64,000 bases of DNA from an uncultured delta proteobacterium (lineage in GTDB: Bacteria > Desulfobacterota > Desulfobacteria > Desulfobacterales > B30-G6). A program made the position numbers and the translations under genes. Positions 19,172-29,016 of the stretch are shown here, piece after piece. A model generated the notes under the pieces. The model was not told the origin of the DNA and did no database searches. It saw only the letters and a program-made list of their open reading frames with translations. Positions within the stretch are counted from its first letter, which is position 1, and every line of letters starts with the position of its first letter. The stretch lies in assembly GCA_963823335.1 (NCBI GenBank), contig CAWGLD010000001.1, positions 448,001 to 512,000 of the forward strand, read 5' to 3'.

Positions 19172-20311
19172 CTACCAATCAAAGGTTTGGAAAACCGGGT
19201 CACGGCAATCCAGGTACAGCAGATCATCCCGATCACCACTCTTGCATGCCAGGTTGTCCAATGCTGTTTTTTTCTTCTTTACCGATGCCTGCTTCAACTT
19301 CTCCAGATTACCATCCGGAACGTCTCTAAATTCCAATACCTGCCGGTCTTTGGCCAGCTGCATCAAGGCCTCCCCGGCCGCAGTTCTGACAATAACCTGG
19401 TTCCAGCCCTTGGCAACCTCCCATCCATCCGGCAGGCGTGCAGAACCAACTGAAATATCGCTGAATTCCGCGGTTACATCTGTGCAGAACTTACAGGCCT
19501 CACGGACACAGGCTTCCACCTCATCCAGGGGAATCTCAACCAGGCCGCTGTCCGTATCCACCTGCATGGTCTTGTATTTACTGGGGGGAATATCCAGACC
19601 GACAACTGACCGCTGGTGGACTTTCTGATGGAGCAAGTGTTTAAAACTCCGCCAGGACAACACCCATCCACAGAACAGTCCTATGGTGAGATGCAGCTTT
19701 CCTATCTGGTTATCATTTTTCGGAAAGGGCTTCATTTTCATCTTGGCCAGGGCCAGGGTCTGGCAAGGCGTTGCCACAATACCTATTTTTTGGGCAGCGC
19801 TTTGGGCCGCCAGATTGAACGCTTCCACCATGGGTGCGGCAATGAATTTGCTCTTAGCCAACTTAGGCACCTCACTGGCATCACTCACCGCAACGCCTCT
19901 GGGCAGCGTCGCCCCCCCCCCTTCGGCCAGCAGGGCTGTATCAATGATGCCTTCCGTCAGTGCCAGCGACATCAGTGTGGTTACGGTACCGCCATGTTGG
20001 GCTATGGCACGGATCTCCGGGTTGCTGGCACGGGTCAGATAGAAACCTTTGACAGCACCAAGTTCGGGGGTTAAATCCTGTGGATCAAAAAGCTGCTTGC
20101 GAATGGACTCCAGGTCCGTCGGTGTCCTGGGGCAGAAGGCATAACAACGACCCGCGGCCCGGTCACAGACATCTTTAACCACCGTTTTATCCATGGATGT
20201 GGCATAGTAGGGGCATAGGTTGACACAGGCGCCACACCCAGTGCAAAGACCGGTATCATGCACCTCTTCCATCAGCTCTTTTTGACCTCGAATGTAGGTG
20301 TTATTTCCCAT
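19172..20311 (-). CDS. F420 hydrogenase/dehydrogenase beta-subunit-like (FrhB/FdhB) Fe-S flavoprotein
   Basis: CTGCGACVNLCP, AQHGGTVT, ATPCQ, IGLFC, CKFCTDVTAEFSDISVG. Confidence 0.88.
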   Translation of the reverse strand: MGNNTYIRGQKELMEEVHDTGLCTGCGACVNLCPYYATSMDKTVVKDVCDRAAGRCYAFCPRTPTDLESIRKQLFDPQDLTPELGAVKGFYLTRASNPEIRAIAQHGGTVTTLMSLALTEGIIDTALLAEGGGATLPRGVAVSDASEVPKLAKSKFIAAPMVEAFNLAAQSAAQKIGIVATPCQTLALAKMKMKPFPKNDNQIGKLHLTIGLFCGWVLSWRSFKHLLHQKVHQRSVVGLDIPPSKYKTMQVDTDSGLVEIPLDEVEACVREACKFCTDVTAEFSDISVGSARLPDGWEVAKGWNQVIVRTAAGEALMQLAKDRQVLEFRDVPDGNLEKLKQASVKKKKTALDNLACKSGDRDDLLYLDCRDPVFQTFDW

Positions 20312-20393
20312 CAAAGGAATCCTCCTAGGATATCTTTTTCATTGTCCAGCCCGTCGAGGGCCACTACTTGCTGTTTCTATTTGTTTTTTTCGA

Positions 20394-21353
20394 TCATCCA
20401 TCATGCCCGCGAGAGGCCGTATGGCTCTTTTCCATGGCCGGTGATAACCCAACCTGGGTTGCATAGGCCACCACCAGCCCTACACCTGCCAGCATGGCAC
20501 CGGCACCAAGGTAACCCACGAATGTGATGTTTTCAACTCCGAGCCAACCCAGCTGGTAGGCGGATAGCAGCGCCATGCACGACATGGTAATGATCGGATT
20601 GAGGACAACAACCAGCGCAACCTGATTGGCCTGAATCAACTTTAAGGCCACCGCCAAGGCACCATAGGCTATCAGGGTATTGGCCCCCATAAAGCAGAGC
20701 AGGGCCCAGCCAACCCAGTGCAATTGTCCAAATTCGTGAAATTTCGCCTGCGGGAAAAAAACCAGCGCGGCCACACCGTAAATAATTAGATTGGCCTGCT
20801 GGGGTGTCATCCGCCGAACCAGAATCTTTTGTGCCGAGGCAAACACAGCCCAAACAACAGAGCCAAAAACAATCCACAGATCCCCGCGAATGTGCGTGGC
20901 CCGGTCAATCAGCAAGCCCCTGAGCTGATCCTGATTAAAGAAGATAAACCCACACAGCGTCAAAGCAAGCCCCACTTTCTGTTTTGGGCTGAGCCGCTCC
21001 TTGAAATAGACCATGCCGGTAACTGTCAACAACAAGGGCCCGATTTGCCCGAGTACCTGAGCATTGCTGGGACTTGTCAGATGCACGCCAACGGTGCTGC
21101 CAAAATAGTTACCCGCCAGCGCCAGCCCCGCCAGGATGCCCAGCAATGGTGGTTTTTTGATCACCCGGAAAGAACCCGGGTCTTTCACTGCGTATACAGC
21201 CGCCAGAACGAGGAAAGACGTTGTAAACCGAAACCAGATGATGGTTCCGATGCTGCACACCGATAAAAGATATTTTAGGACGATGGGTACCACGCCCCAG
21301 AATACGGCGGCGGTAACGGCCATCAGAACCCCAAAACTATGGCTTGATTTCAT
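20394..21353 (-). CDS. DMT/EamA family transporter
   Basis: About 10 hydrophobic segments, FWG and FKERL motifs. Confidence 0.85.
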   Translation of the reverse strand: MKSSHSFGVLMAVTAAVFWGVVPIVLKYLLSVCSIGTIIWFRFTTSFLVLAAVYAVKDPGSFRVIKKPPLLGILAGLALAGNYFGSTVGVHLTSPSNAQVLGQIGPLLLTVTGMVYFKERLSPKQKVGLALTLCGFIFFNQDQLRGLLIDRATHIRGDLWIVFGSVVWAVFASAQKILVRRMTPQQANLIIYGVAALVFFPQAKFHEFGQLHWVGWALLCFMGANTLIAYGALAVALKLIQANQVALVVVLNPIITMSCMALLSAYQLGWLGVENITFVGYLGAGAMLAGVGLVVAYATQVGLSPAMEKSHTASRGHDG

Positions 21354-21393
21354 AAAGCCTTCATGCAGCTTGGCAACCTAGTGGGTACGGTGT

Positions 21394-22170
21394 TCATTCG
21401 GTCCAGCCACCATCGACTTCCATAATGTTGCCGGTCACAAAGGAGGCTGCATCCGACAACAGCCAAGCTACGGCTTCGGCAACCTCTGACGGTTCCCCAC
21501 GACGACCAATGGGCACTGGATATCGTTCCCGTTCAATTTTTTCGCGATCCTCCCCCGGAGCGAAATTGCGCTCCGTCATGGGGGTCTTGATGGGACCGGC
21601 TGCCACGGCATTGATGCGTATGCCATCTTTGGCATACTCCTGGGCAGCTGCCCGTGTGAGACCGGACACACCGTGTTTGCTGGCGGTGTAGGCAGGTATG
21701 ATGAAATCCTTGGTGCCGATCAATCCACACATGGAAGATGCGTTGACAATCGACCCATGGCCTTGTTTCAGCATCTGCAGAATTTCATATTTCATGCAAA
21801 GCCAGACCCCCTTGAAGTTGACCGACATGACATAATCCCAGTCCTCTTCACTTATTTCAGCTGTCCGGGCATCTTTTTCCCGGGCATGGATGCCGGCATT
21901 GTTGTAGGCGCAGTCCAGCCGCCCGAAATGCGCCACTGTCGATCGGATCAGGTTTTCAACATCTCCCGCTCGGCTGACATCGGCTTTGATAAATAAAGCA
22001 TCTCCACCGGCATCCCGTATCAGTTGAACTGTATTTTCGCCACCAGCAACATCCACATCACAGACAACCACTCTGGCGCCTTCCCTGGCCAAGATTTCAG
22101 CAGAAGCCTGCCCAATGCCACCACCGGCACCGGTTACCAAACCCACTTTTCCACTCAATCTGCCTGCCAT
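21394..22170 (-). CDS. Short-chain dehydrogenase/reductase
   Basis: TGAGGGIG, AYNNAG, YTASKHG; close paralog of 10184-10939. Confidence 0.92.
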   Translation of the reverse strand: MAGRLSGKVGLVTGAGGGIGQASAEILAREGARVVVCDVDVAGGENTVQLIRDAGGDALFIKADVSRAGDVENLIRSTVAHFGRLDCAYNNAGIHAREKDARTAEISEEDWDYVMSVNFKGVWLCMKYEILQMLKQGHGSIVNASSMCGLIGTKDFIIPAYTASKHGVSGLTRAAAQEYAKDGIRINAVAAGPIKTPMTERNFAPGEDREKIERERYPVPIGRRGEPSEVAEAVAWLLSDAASFVTGNIMEVDGGWTE

Positions 22171-22257
22171 AAACCACCTCTTATAAAACCTTACTACATT
22201 GTCGTGACTTGCAATAGCCTTGAACGGCAAATCAAACAGGCCATCCAAAGCAAAGAA

Positions 22258-22596
22258 TCAGCCTTTTACAACCACCTCTTCCACAGCGAAACTGTTTGGA
22301 TTGACCACCCGCGAGAAATAATCCTCATCAATATTCTTGCCGTTGGGCAGCACGGCCTTATAACAGCGATCATAGACACGGTGCATGGCTGCTTCATCCT
22401 CATACCATGTTTCCACGATTCCAAAACAGATTTTTTTCCCTTTAAGAACCTTGGTAACTCGGTTGATCACATACCTAGCCAGGTCATCGCCTGCGGCTTT
22501 GATGAAATCAGCCGCGTGTGTCTGGGTATGATAATGCCACCATTCTTCCTCATCTGTTTCTTCTGGAATTGAATAAATACCTATTCGTTTTATCAT
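22258..22596 (-). CDS. Single-domain EthD-like protein
   Basis: WWHYHTQTHA, YVINRV, VETWY, LPNG. Confidence 0.7.
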   Translation of the reverse strand: MIKRIGIYSIPEETDEEEWWHYHTQTHAADFIKAAGDDLARYVINRVTKVLKGKKICFGIVETWYEDEAAMHRVYDRCYKAVLPNGKNIDEDYFSRVVNPNSFAVEEVVVKG

Positions 22597-22657
22597 GCGC
22601 TATTCCTCCGCTCCTTTGCTATGCATCTGTTTTCTGAAAAATGAGGTTCATGGAATG

Positions 22658-23362
22658 TCAAGCCTTGGCAGTGAATTCTTCCACCACATAACCAAAAGCA
22701 TCCACAACCCGAACGTTGAAATCCTCTGAAACATTTCTGCCATTAGGCAAGATCACCCGCTTATGGGCCTCAAATCCCTTTTTAAGACATTGCCTGTCGG
22801 CAAACCAGAGTTCAACGACCCCAAAACAGACAGCCTGCCCCTTGACAATTCTGCTCACCCGGTTGATGACGTAATATTCCAGGTAGTCGTCAAAGGAATC
22901 GACACTGTGTACGGCATGCTCACGTGTGTGATACTCCCAGAATTTTTCCGAATCGGTCCCCTGGGGCAGGGAATAGAAACCCATATATTTGGCAGGTGAA
23001 GATCGCAATTCCCGGGAATGTTTTTTCGCAACAAATTCTTCGACTTCAAACGCAACCGGTTGATCTGTCAAACGGCCAAAATAATCCTGGGCTACACTTT
23101 TTCCGTTTGGAAGAACCTCGCTTTCCAATGCCCGAAAACCGGCCTGCATTGCAGACCGATCCCGCCACCAGGTTTCTACAACACCAAAGAAACGGGTGGT
23201 TCCTTTGGTCAAATCGATTACACGATTAATGGCGTATTTAACCAGACTGTCGCCACATACCCGCAAAACAGCCGGTGCGTGTATCCGGGTATGATATCGC
23301 CAGAACGCATCACCATCCGTCTGCCTGGGAATGGAATACAACGCCATTCGTTTAATCATCAA
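22658..23362 (-). CDS. Tandem two-domain EthD-like protein
   Basis: FWRYHTRIHA and FWEYHTREHA repeats; paralog of 10949-11644. Confidence 0.7.
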   Translation of the reverse strand: MMIKRMALYSIPRQTDGDAFWRYHTRIHAPAVLRVCGDSLVKYAINRVIDLTKGTTRFFGVVETWWRDRSAMQAGFRALESEVLPNGKSVAQDYFGRLTDQPVAFEVEEFVAKKHSRELRSSPAKYMGFYSLPQGTDSEKFWEYHTREHAVHSVDSFDDYLEYYVINRVSRIVKGQAVCFGVVELWFADRQCLKKGFEAHKRVILPNGRNVSEDFNVRVVDAFGYVVEEFTAKA

Positions 23363-23385
23363 TATCCCCTAATGCATTCGGACAA

Positions 23386-24162
23386 TCATTCCACCCCATA
23401 GACAATGTGCTTAACCAGCAGATTGCCCCCTTCAACCGGCAGGGTGGTACCGGTAATATAGCCCGACCGCTCCGAACAAAAAAATAAAATGGCTTCAACC
23501 ACGTCATCGGGTTGAGCCAATCTCCCGATGGGGATACCTTCGACACCTTTTTCGAGTGTGTTGGGATCATCAAAAAACTGCCGCAGCAGATCGGTCACCA
23601 CCGGTCCGGGTGCCACCGAATTAACGGTAATACCGTAAGAGGCCAGTTTTAGCGCCATGACCTTGGTCAACATGACAAGGGCCGCCTTGGACACATCGTA
23701 ACTGACCATGGGACGTGTCGAGGGTGTAAAGGCCGATGCCGAAGAGAGATTCACGATGCGACCGTATCTGGCTTCCGACATGGCGTGGGAAATCTTCTGG
23801 CTTAAAAAGAAAGTCCCCTTCAGGTTGATGTCCATAATACGATCCCACTGTTTCGGGGTGAGTTCAAAAAATTCTTCCGGGGCTGCAATTCCAGCACAGT
23901 TGACCAGAATATCCACTTTGTTGGACCATGGCGCTACGCTGTCAACAAAGGCGGTAATGCTGTCCATATCTGCCAGATCCAATGGGTGTGCCTGACAACG
24001 CTTTGTGGAAGATTCGATGCCTGCCGCTGTTTCCTTTGCTTTGTTAAAGTCAATATCCCCAATGATCACCTGTGCCCCGCTGGCGACCAAACGTTGGACC
24101 ACCGCTTTGCCGATACCTGAAGCGCCCCCGGTAACGATGGCATTTCTTCCTTCAAAGTCCAT
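23386..24162 (-). CDS. Short-chain dehydrogenase/reductase
   Basis: TGGASGIG, NCAG, YDVSK; GGAGG SD. Confidence 0.92.
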   Translation of the reverse strand: MDFEGRNAIVTGGASGIGKAVVQRLVASGAQVIIGDIDFNKAKETAAGIESSTKRCQAHPLDLADMDSITAFVDSVAPWSNKVDILVNCAGIAAPEEFFELTPKQWDRIMDINLKGTFFLSQKISHAMSEARYGRIVNLSSASAFTPSTRPMVSYDVSKAALVMLTKVMALKLASYGITVNSVAPGPVVTDLLRQFFDDPNTLEKGVEGIPIGRLAQPDDVVEAILFFCSERSGYITGTTLPVEGGNLLVKHIVYGVE

Positions 24163-24197
24163 TGATCCTCCTCCAAACATCCCTGTAAATATAGATT

Positions 24198-26126
24198 TTA
24201 AACACCATATGCTGCCATATAACCCTCGTAGAATGCATTGACGCCATCTCGAGGTCCCTTTGCGTCTCCGACTATCATTAGATCTACGCCAGTATCCTCC
24301 AGCGCTGAAAACAGTGCATTGTCTGGTCTGCCGCCTATGGCAAATACAATAGAGTCCACATCATCAACCGTTCTTTCACCGTCTGGCGACTTCAGCATAA
24401 CTGTTTTATCCGAAACACCCGTGATAACCGTATCGCACATAGTATCCACGTTGTACTTGGCAAAATCTTCAAAAAGAAACCATTTGAAATCGGGCAGCAT
24501 ATCAGGTAAAATTTGCGGCATCATTTCAACAATGAAGACCTCTTTGCCCTGGGCAGCCAGAAAATGGGCTGTCTCTGCTCCCACAGGACCACATCCGATG
24601 ATCATCGCTTTCTGACCTACATCCACTTCTCCGGCCAGGACTTGCTCAGCGATGAGGGACCGGTCAACGTCAAGACCCTTGAGCGCCGGGATCTCTATTT
24701 TTGCGCCCGTGGCAATGATAACGGCATCTGGTTTTTCAGTTATCACAACCTCCCGGGTCAAGGCCTTGTTCAAACGAATGTCCACATCCAAACGTTTCAG
24801 CTCTTTCCCGCAAAAAGCAACGGCCTTGGCATATTCATCTTTATGGGGTGCCACCGAGGCCAGCTGAAGCCGACCGCCCAGTCTGGCACTTTTTTCGAAT
24901 AAAATGACATCGTGACCACGGAGTTTGGCAACACGGGCGGCCTCCATACCAGCCGGCCCACCACCTGCAATCATGACTTTCTTTTTGACTTTTGCCGAAG
25001 CTATATGCAGCTCCATCTCCCGTCCGGCTTCGACATTGTAGAGGCACCGTGTACTTCTATCCGTGAGTTCGCGATTATGGCAGTTATTGCAGGAAATACA
25101 GGGTCGAATTTCAGCAACACGACCGTCGGAAAGCTTATTCACATATTCAGGATCGCAGATGAGCCCCCTGGCCATGCCTATCAGGTCCGCCTGGTGGGAA
25201 ACCAACACATCTTCGGCCAGGTAGGGATCGCTAAGACGACCGGTAACCATCACCGGAATGGAAAGGGCCTTTTTAATCTCAGCCGCATCCGCTACATTCA
25301 ATCCACATTCATGGACCATGCTCGGCAACGTTCGTGTGTGACCCCAGCACGGTGAGAGCCCCGATGAAACGCTAATAAAGGCGATGCCCAGCTTTTCGAG
25401 CATCTGAGAGCTTTTTACCTGATCCTGAATCGTCAACCCCTCTTCAACATATTCTGCGTTGGAAAGTCGAACATGGATGGGAAAACGTTCTCCCACGGCA
25501 CTCTGACAAGATCCCACGACTTCTCTCAAAAAGCGAAACCGGTTTTCAAAACTACCCCCATAGGCGTCATCACGCTTATTGGCATGCAGGGACATGAATT
25601 GAGATGTCAGATATCCGTGAGCATGGTGAATCTCTATCATGTCAAAACCGGCTTCTTTGGCTCGCCCGGCCGCCAGGCCCCATGCTTCTACCAGTTCCTC
25701 TATCTCGCCAATACTCAAGGCCTTGGGGGTAACGTTCCCCGGCGGCCATGCAAGGGTAGAGGGGGCCACCGGCTGAATTCCCCGGGCCCCGGTGGCGTAC
25801 CGGCCAAGATGGTAAAGCTGTATGGATGATTTGGCGCCGCATTGATGCACTTTTTCATTATAGGTCTTGAACGCCTCAATATTCTGGTCACTATGCAGGT
25901 CAAGATCTTCTCCACTGCTGCCGGAAGGATGCACAAAGGTTGCGCCGATGATAATCAAACCGGTGCCCCCCTCGGCTCGCTTCAGGTTAAAGGCTTCTTC
26001 CCTTGGCACAAAGGCCCCGGTACTCATGTGGTTGGATATGGGGGCCTGAACAATTCTATTTTTAAGTTGAACGTCACCAATCTGAATCGGCGATAAAAGC
26101 GTCGGAAATTCATTTTTAGCGCTCAT
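24198..26126 (-). CDS. NADH:flavin oxidoreductase (OYE/FadH/BaiCD-like)
   Basis: NRIVQAP, EIHHAHGYL, CISCNNC-x11-C, GGGPAG. Confidence 0.92.
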   Translation of the reverse strand: MSAKNEFPTLLSPIQIGDVQLKNRIVQAPISNHMSTGAFVPREEAFNLKRAEGGTGLIIIGATFVHPSGSSGEDLDLHSDQNIEAFKTYNEKVHQCGAKSSIQLYHLGRYATGARGIQPVAPSTLAWPPGNVTPKALSIGEIEELVEAWGLAAGRAKEAGFDMIEIHHAHGYLTSQFMSLHANKRDDAYGGSFENRFRFLREVVGSCQSAVGERFPIHVRLSNAEYVEEGLTIQDQVKSSQMLEKLGIAFISVSSGLSPCWGHTRTLPSMVHECGLNVADAAEIKKALSIPVMVTGRLSDPYLAEDVLVSHQADLIGMARGLICDPEYVNKLSDGRVAEIRPCISCNNCHNRELTDRSTRCLYNVEAGREMELHIASAKVKKKVMIAGGGPAGMEAARVAKLRGHDVILFEKSARLGGRLQLASVAPHKDEYAKAVAFCGKELKRLDVDIRLNKALTREVVITEKPDAVIIATGAKIEIPALKGLDVDRSLIAEQVLAGEVDVGQKAMIIGCGPVGAETAHFLAAQGKEVFIVEMMPQILPDMLPDFKWFLFEDFAKYNVDTMCDTVITGVSDKTVMLKSPDGERTVDDVDSIVFAIGGRPDNALFSALEDTGVDLMIVGDAKGPRDGVNAFYEGYMAAYGV

Positions 26127-26127
26127 A

Positions 26128-26916
26128 TCATTTTCCTTTGTAAATGGGTTTTCTTCTCTCTGAAAAAGCCTTGACCCCTTCCCGGCTGTCTTGGGTGTTT
26201 TTAAGAGAATCAAAAAGAAAGGCCTCAAAGTCAAGACCTTGCTGCAATGCCAAACTCCTCAGGACGGATTCCTTTATGGCACGCATGGCAACCGGTCCAC
26301 GGCGACACAATTTCTCAGCCATCTGCATAGCCGTGTCCATCAATTCCTCGTTAGAAACAATGCGATTGATCAAACCGAAGCTGAGTGCCTTCCGGGCATC
26401 GATGGGTTCGCCCGTCAGCAGCATTTCCATGGCAACCGCATAGGGAACATTGCGAGGCAGACGTATGGTGCCACCAGCCCCCGGCATTATTCCCCATTTG
26501 ACCTCGGCCAACCCAAACCGGGCTGATTCGGCGGCAATTCGGATGTCACAGCACAAAACCAGTTCGAGACCGCCTGCAATGGCATAACCGTTGATGGCTG
26601 CAATGATCGGCTTGAACACATCCGTCCGGGGCAACCCGCCAAAATTTTCAGCCCTGGGATAGTAATTGGCCTTGGCTTCTCCTGCCATCCGGGCAGGAAG
26701 ATAGGCCTTCAAATCACCACCGGTGCAAAAGGCCTTATGGCCTGCCCCGGTCAAAATCGCGACCCAAAGGTCATCGTCTTCGCGAAAATCGAGCCAGACC
26801 GCGGCCATCTCCTTCTCGGCTGACGGATCCATGGAGTTGTGAACATCCGGGCGATTGATGGTGACCAACGCAATGTGATCTTTTTTCTCGTATGTAATTT
26901 CAGACATAGACTTCAT
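26128..26916 (-). CDS. Enoyl-CoA hydratase
   Basis: FCTGGDL, AINGYAIAGGLE, GLAEVKWGIMPGAGGT. Confidence 0.92.
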   Translation of the reverse strand: MKSMSEITYEKKDHIALVTINRPDVHNSMDPSAEKEMAAVWLDFREDDDLWVAILTGAGHKAFCTGGDLKAYLPARMAGEAKANYYPRAENFGGLPRTDVFKPIIAAINGYAIAGGLELVLCCDIRIAAESARFGLAEVKWGIMPGAGGTIRLPRNVPYAVAMEMLLTGEPIDARKALSFGLINRIVSNEELMDTAMQMAEKLCRRGPVAMRAIKESVLRSLALQQGLDFEAFLFDSLKNTQDSREGVKAFSERRKPIYKGK

Positions 26917-26926
26917 CGTCCTCTTA

Positions 26927-28069
26927 TTAGGCTTTCAGGAGCATGTTACCAATGACCAGGCGCTGAATTTCTGAAGTGCCCTCATATACCCGCAGCGCCC
27001 TTATCTCACGATACAGTCTTTCCACGTGCTGCCCCTTAATTACACCATATCCACCGTGAATCTGTAAGGCCTCATCGATGATGCGCCAAGCGGCTTCTGT
27101 CGCATATAGCTTGGCCATGGATGACTCCAGCGTGATCCGCTCGACCCCCTGGTCTTTTATATAGGCCGCCCGAAATACCAGGGCCCTGGAAGCCGTCAGC
27201 TCGGTAGCCATATCCGCCAGTTTGAACTGAATGCTCTGGAACTCGGAAATACTTTTTCCGAACTGGAATCGGCCCTTTGCATAGGAGACGGCTTCATCCA
27301 AAGCAGCCTGGGCCATGCCGACTGCGGCAGCCCCCACCGTGGATCGAAAAAAATCAAGGTTCCGCATGGAAACCTTGAAACCCGCGTTCAGTTCTCCGAT
27401 GAGATTTTCCTGTGGCACGCCGCAGTCCTTGAAAACCGGTGCTCCAATGGGGTGGGCCGCCATCAGATCCATGCGTTTGCCAGGATCAAACCCTTCCCAT
27501 CCCTTTTCAACAACAAACGCTGAAATACCACGGGTGCCCTTGTCGGGGTCTGTCTTGGCAAACACGCTATAGATATCTGCATCCGGTGCCAGAGATGTAA
27601 AAATCTTTTGTCCATTGAGAACCCATTGATCATTGTCCTTTACGGCCGTTGTTTCAATGGCACCTACGTCCGAACCGGCATTGGGCTCTGTCAGGCAGAT
27701 GGTAAAAATCTTTTCGCCACTGGCAATAAGCGGGCAGTATTTGGCCTGTAGCTCCTCGTTGCCGCTCAGTACAATCGGATAACTGCCCAAACCCTGCATA
27801 ACAAAAATGAGCTCGGCATTCGGGCAACGACGAGCCAGTTCTTCCCGAACCAGACAAACCGAAACCAGCGAAGGCATTTGTGTTGTATTGCCGAACTCGG
27901 CAGGAACAAATAGCTTGAACAAACCCGATTCAGCCAGAACGTCAGCAATCTCACGCGACATCACCTTACTCTCGCCGACCTTTTCCTCAAGGGGTGCCAG
28001 CTTTTCCTTGCAAAGCGAAATCACCTTCTCTTTTAACTCTCTCTGCTCTTCTTTAAATAAAAAATCCAT
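26927..28069 (-). CDS. Acyl-CoA dehydrogenase
   Basis: LTEPNAGSD, RFQFGK, QIHGGYG, YEGTSEIQ. Confidence 0.93.
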   Translation of the reverse strand: MDFLFKEEQRELKEKVISLCKEKLAPLEEKVGESKVMSREIADVLAESGLFKLFVPAEFGNTTQMPSLVSVCLVREELARRCPNAELIFVMQGLGSYPIVLSGNEELQAKYCPLIASGEKIFTICLTEPNAGSDVGAIETTAVKDNDQWVLNGQKIFTSLAPDADIYSVFAKTDPDKGTRGISAFVVEKGWEGFDPGKRMDLMAAHPIGAPVFKDCGVPQENLIGELNAGFKVSMRNLDFFRSTVGAAAVGMAQAALDEAVSYAKGRFQFGKSISEFQSIQFKLADMATELTASRALVFRAAYIKDQGVERITLESSMAKLYATEAAWRIIDEALQIHGGYGVIKGQHVERLYREIRALRVYEGTSEIQRLVIGNMLLKA

Positions 28070-28100
28070 AAATTCTCCTTATTGCTGATTAGATAATTCG

Positions 28101-28154
28101 TATTGAAGAACCTCGCAGCAAACCACGGGGAATGCGCTCGCTGTTACGGTTCAA
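28101..28154 (+). repeat. REP/MITE-like element family A, short copy
   Basis: tattgaagaacctcgcagcaaaccacggggaatgcgctcgctgttacggttcaa. Confidence 0.8.
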
Positions 28155-28157
28155 ATC

Positions 28158-28982
28158 TCAGTTGCGCGGCTGGAGGCTGAAAAGACGTTGGGCGTTGCCA
28201 CCCAGAATCAGCCCCCGATCTTCTTCAGAAAGATCTAACATGTTCAGCAATTCATATTCCCAGCCGTACTCACCGCCCTGACGAGCCCAGGGATAATCGG
28301 TGGCATATAACATGCGATCGGTTCCGTGCCGGCTGATCAGTTTCTTTAGGGAGGCAATGTCCAGGTCTCTGCAGGTGGGTGTCTGGGAGGTGTCTATATA
28401 GACACCGGTACCGGCCAGATGTGCCATAACTTCCGCAAACATGCCGGAGCCGCCAAAATGGGCACAAATCAACTTCAGATCGGGGTGATCATCGTGCAGA
28501 CGACGCAGGCCGGATGGTGTGGATCGAATATCATCTTTGTCTTCATGACCGCTGCCCATGCCCGCATGGTAGAATACAAACAAGCCCTCATGGGTCAACT
28601 TCTCATATATGGGGTACATGTTGCGATCATCCGGACGAATATCCTGAAAAAGGGGGTTGAATTTTATTCCCAGGATACCGGCAGCTTTGATACGGTCAAT
28701 TTCAGACTCCCATTCTCCAAAATCGGGAGTGATGGTCCCAAACAGCAGCAACCTGTCATCTGCCTGAGAAATCAACCAGTCATTTGTGGTACGTACAAAC
28801 CCACCGTCCGGCGCAACACCAAAGGCGATGGCATAATCAACATCTGCATCGTCCATATAGGCCAACAAGTCGCTGGTCGTACCGGCTCCGTAAGGTTCCA
28901 GGCCGAGGTTCCGCCGGTTCATCTGCATAACTTTGGGTGCAATTTTATCAGGAAAAATGTGGGTGTGACAATCAACGATCAT
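28158..28982 (-). CDS. Amidohydrolase family (Amidohydro_2) metalloenzyme
   Basis: DCHTH, GIKFNP, HAG, CAHFGG, ATDYPW. Confidence 0.88.
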   Translation of the reverse strand: MIVDCHTHIFPDKIAPKVMQMNRRNLGLEPYGAGTTSDLLAYMDDADVDYAIAFGVAPDGGFVRTTNDWLISQADDRLLLFGTITPDFGEWESEIDRIKAAGILGIKFNPLFQDIRPDDRNMYPIYEKLTHEGLFVFYHAGMGSGHEDKDDIRSTPSGLRRLHDDHPDLKLICAHFGGSGMFAEVMAHLAGTGVYIDTSQTPTCRDLDIASLKKLISRHGTDRMLYATDYPWARQGGEYGWEYELLNMLDLSEEDRGLILGGNAQRLFSLQPRN

Positions 28983-29016
28983 GGTTCTACCTCCAGCGCC
29001 CTAACGATTGAATACT

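Noticed and set aside
3183-26126. Calling the block a bile-acid bai operon
   Set aside because: Only family-level analogy; no recognisable BaiB ligase, BaiE/SnoaL dehydratase or CoA-transferase
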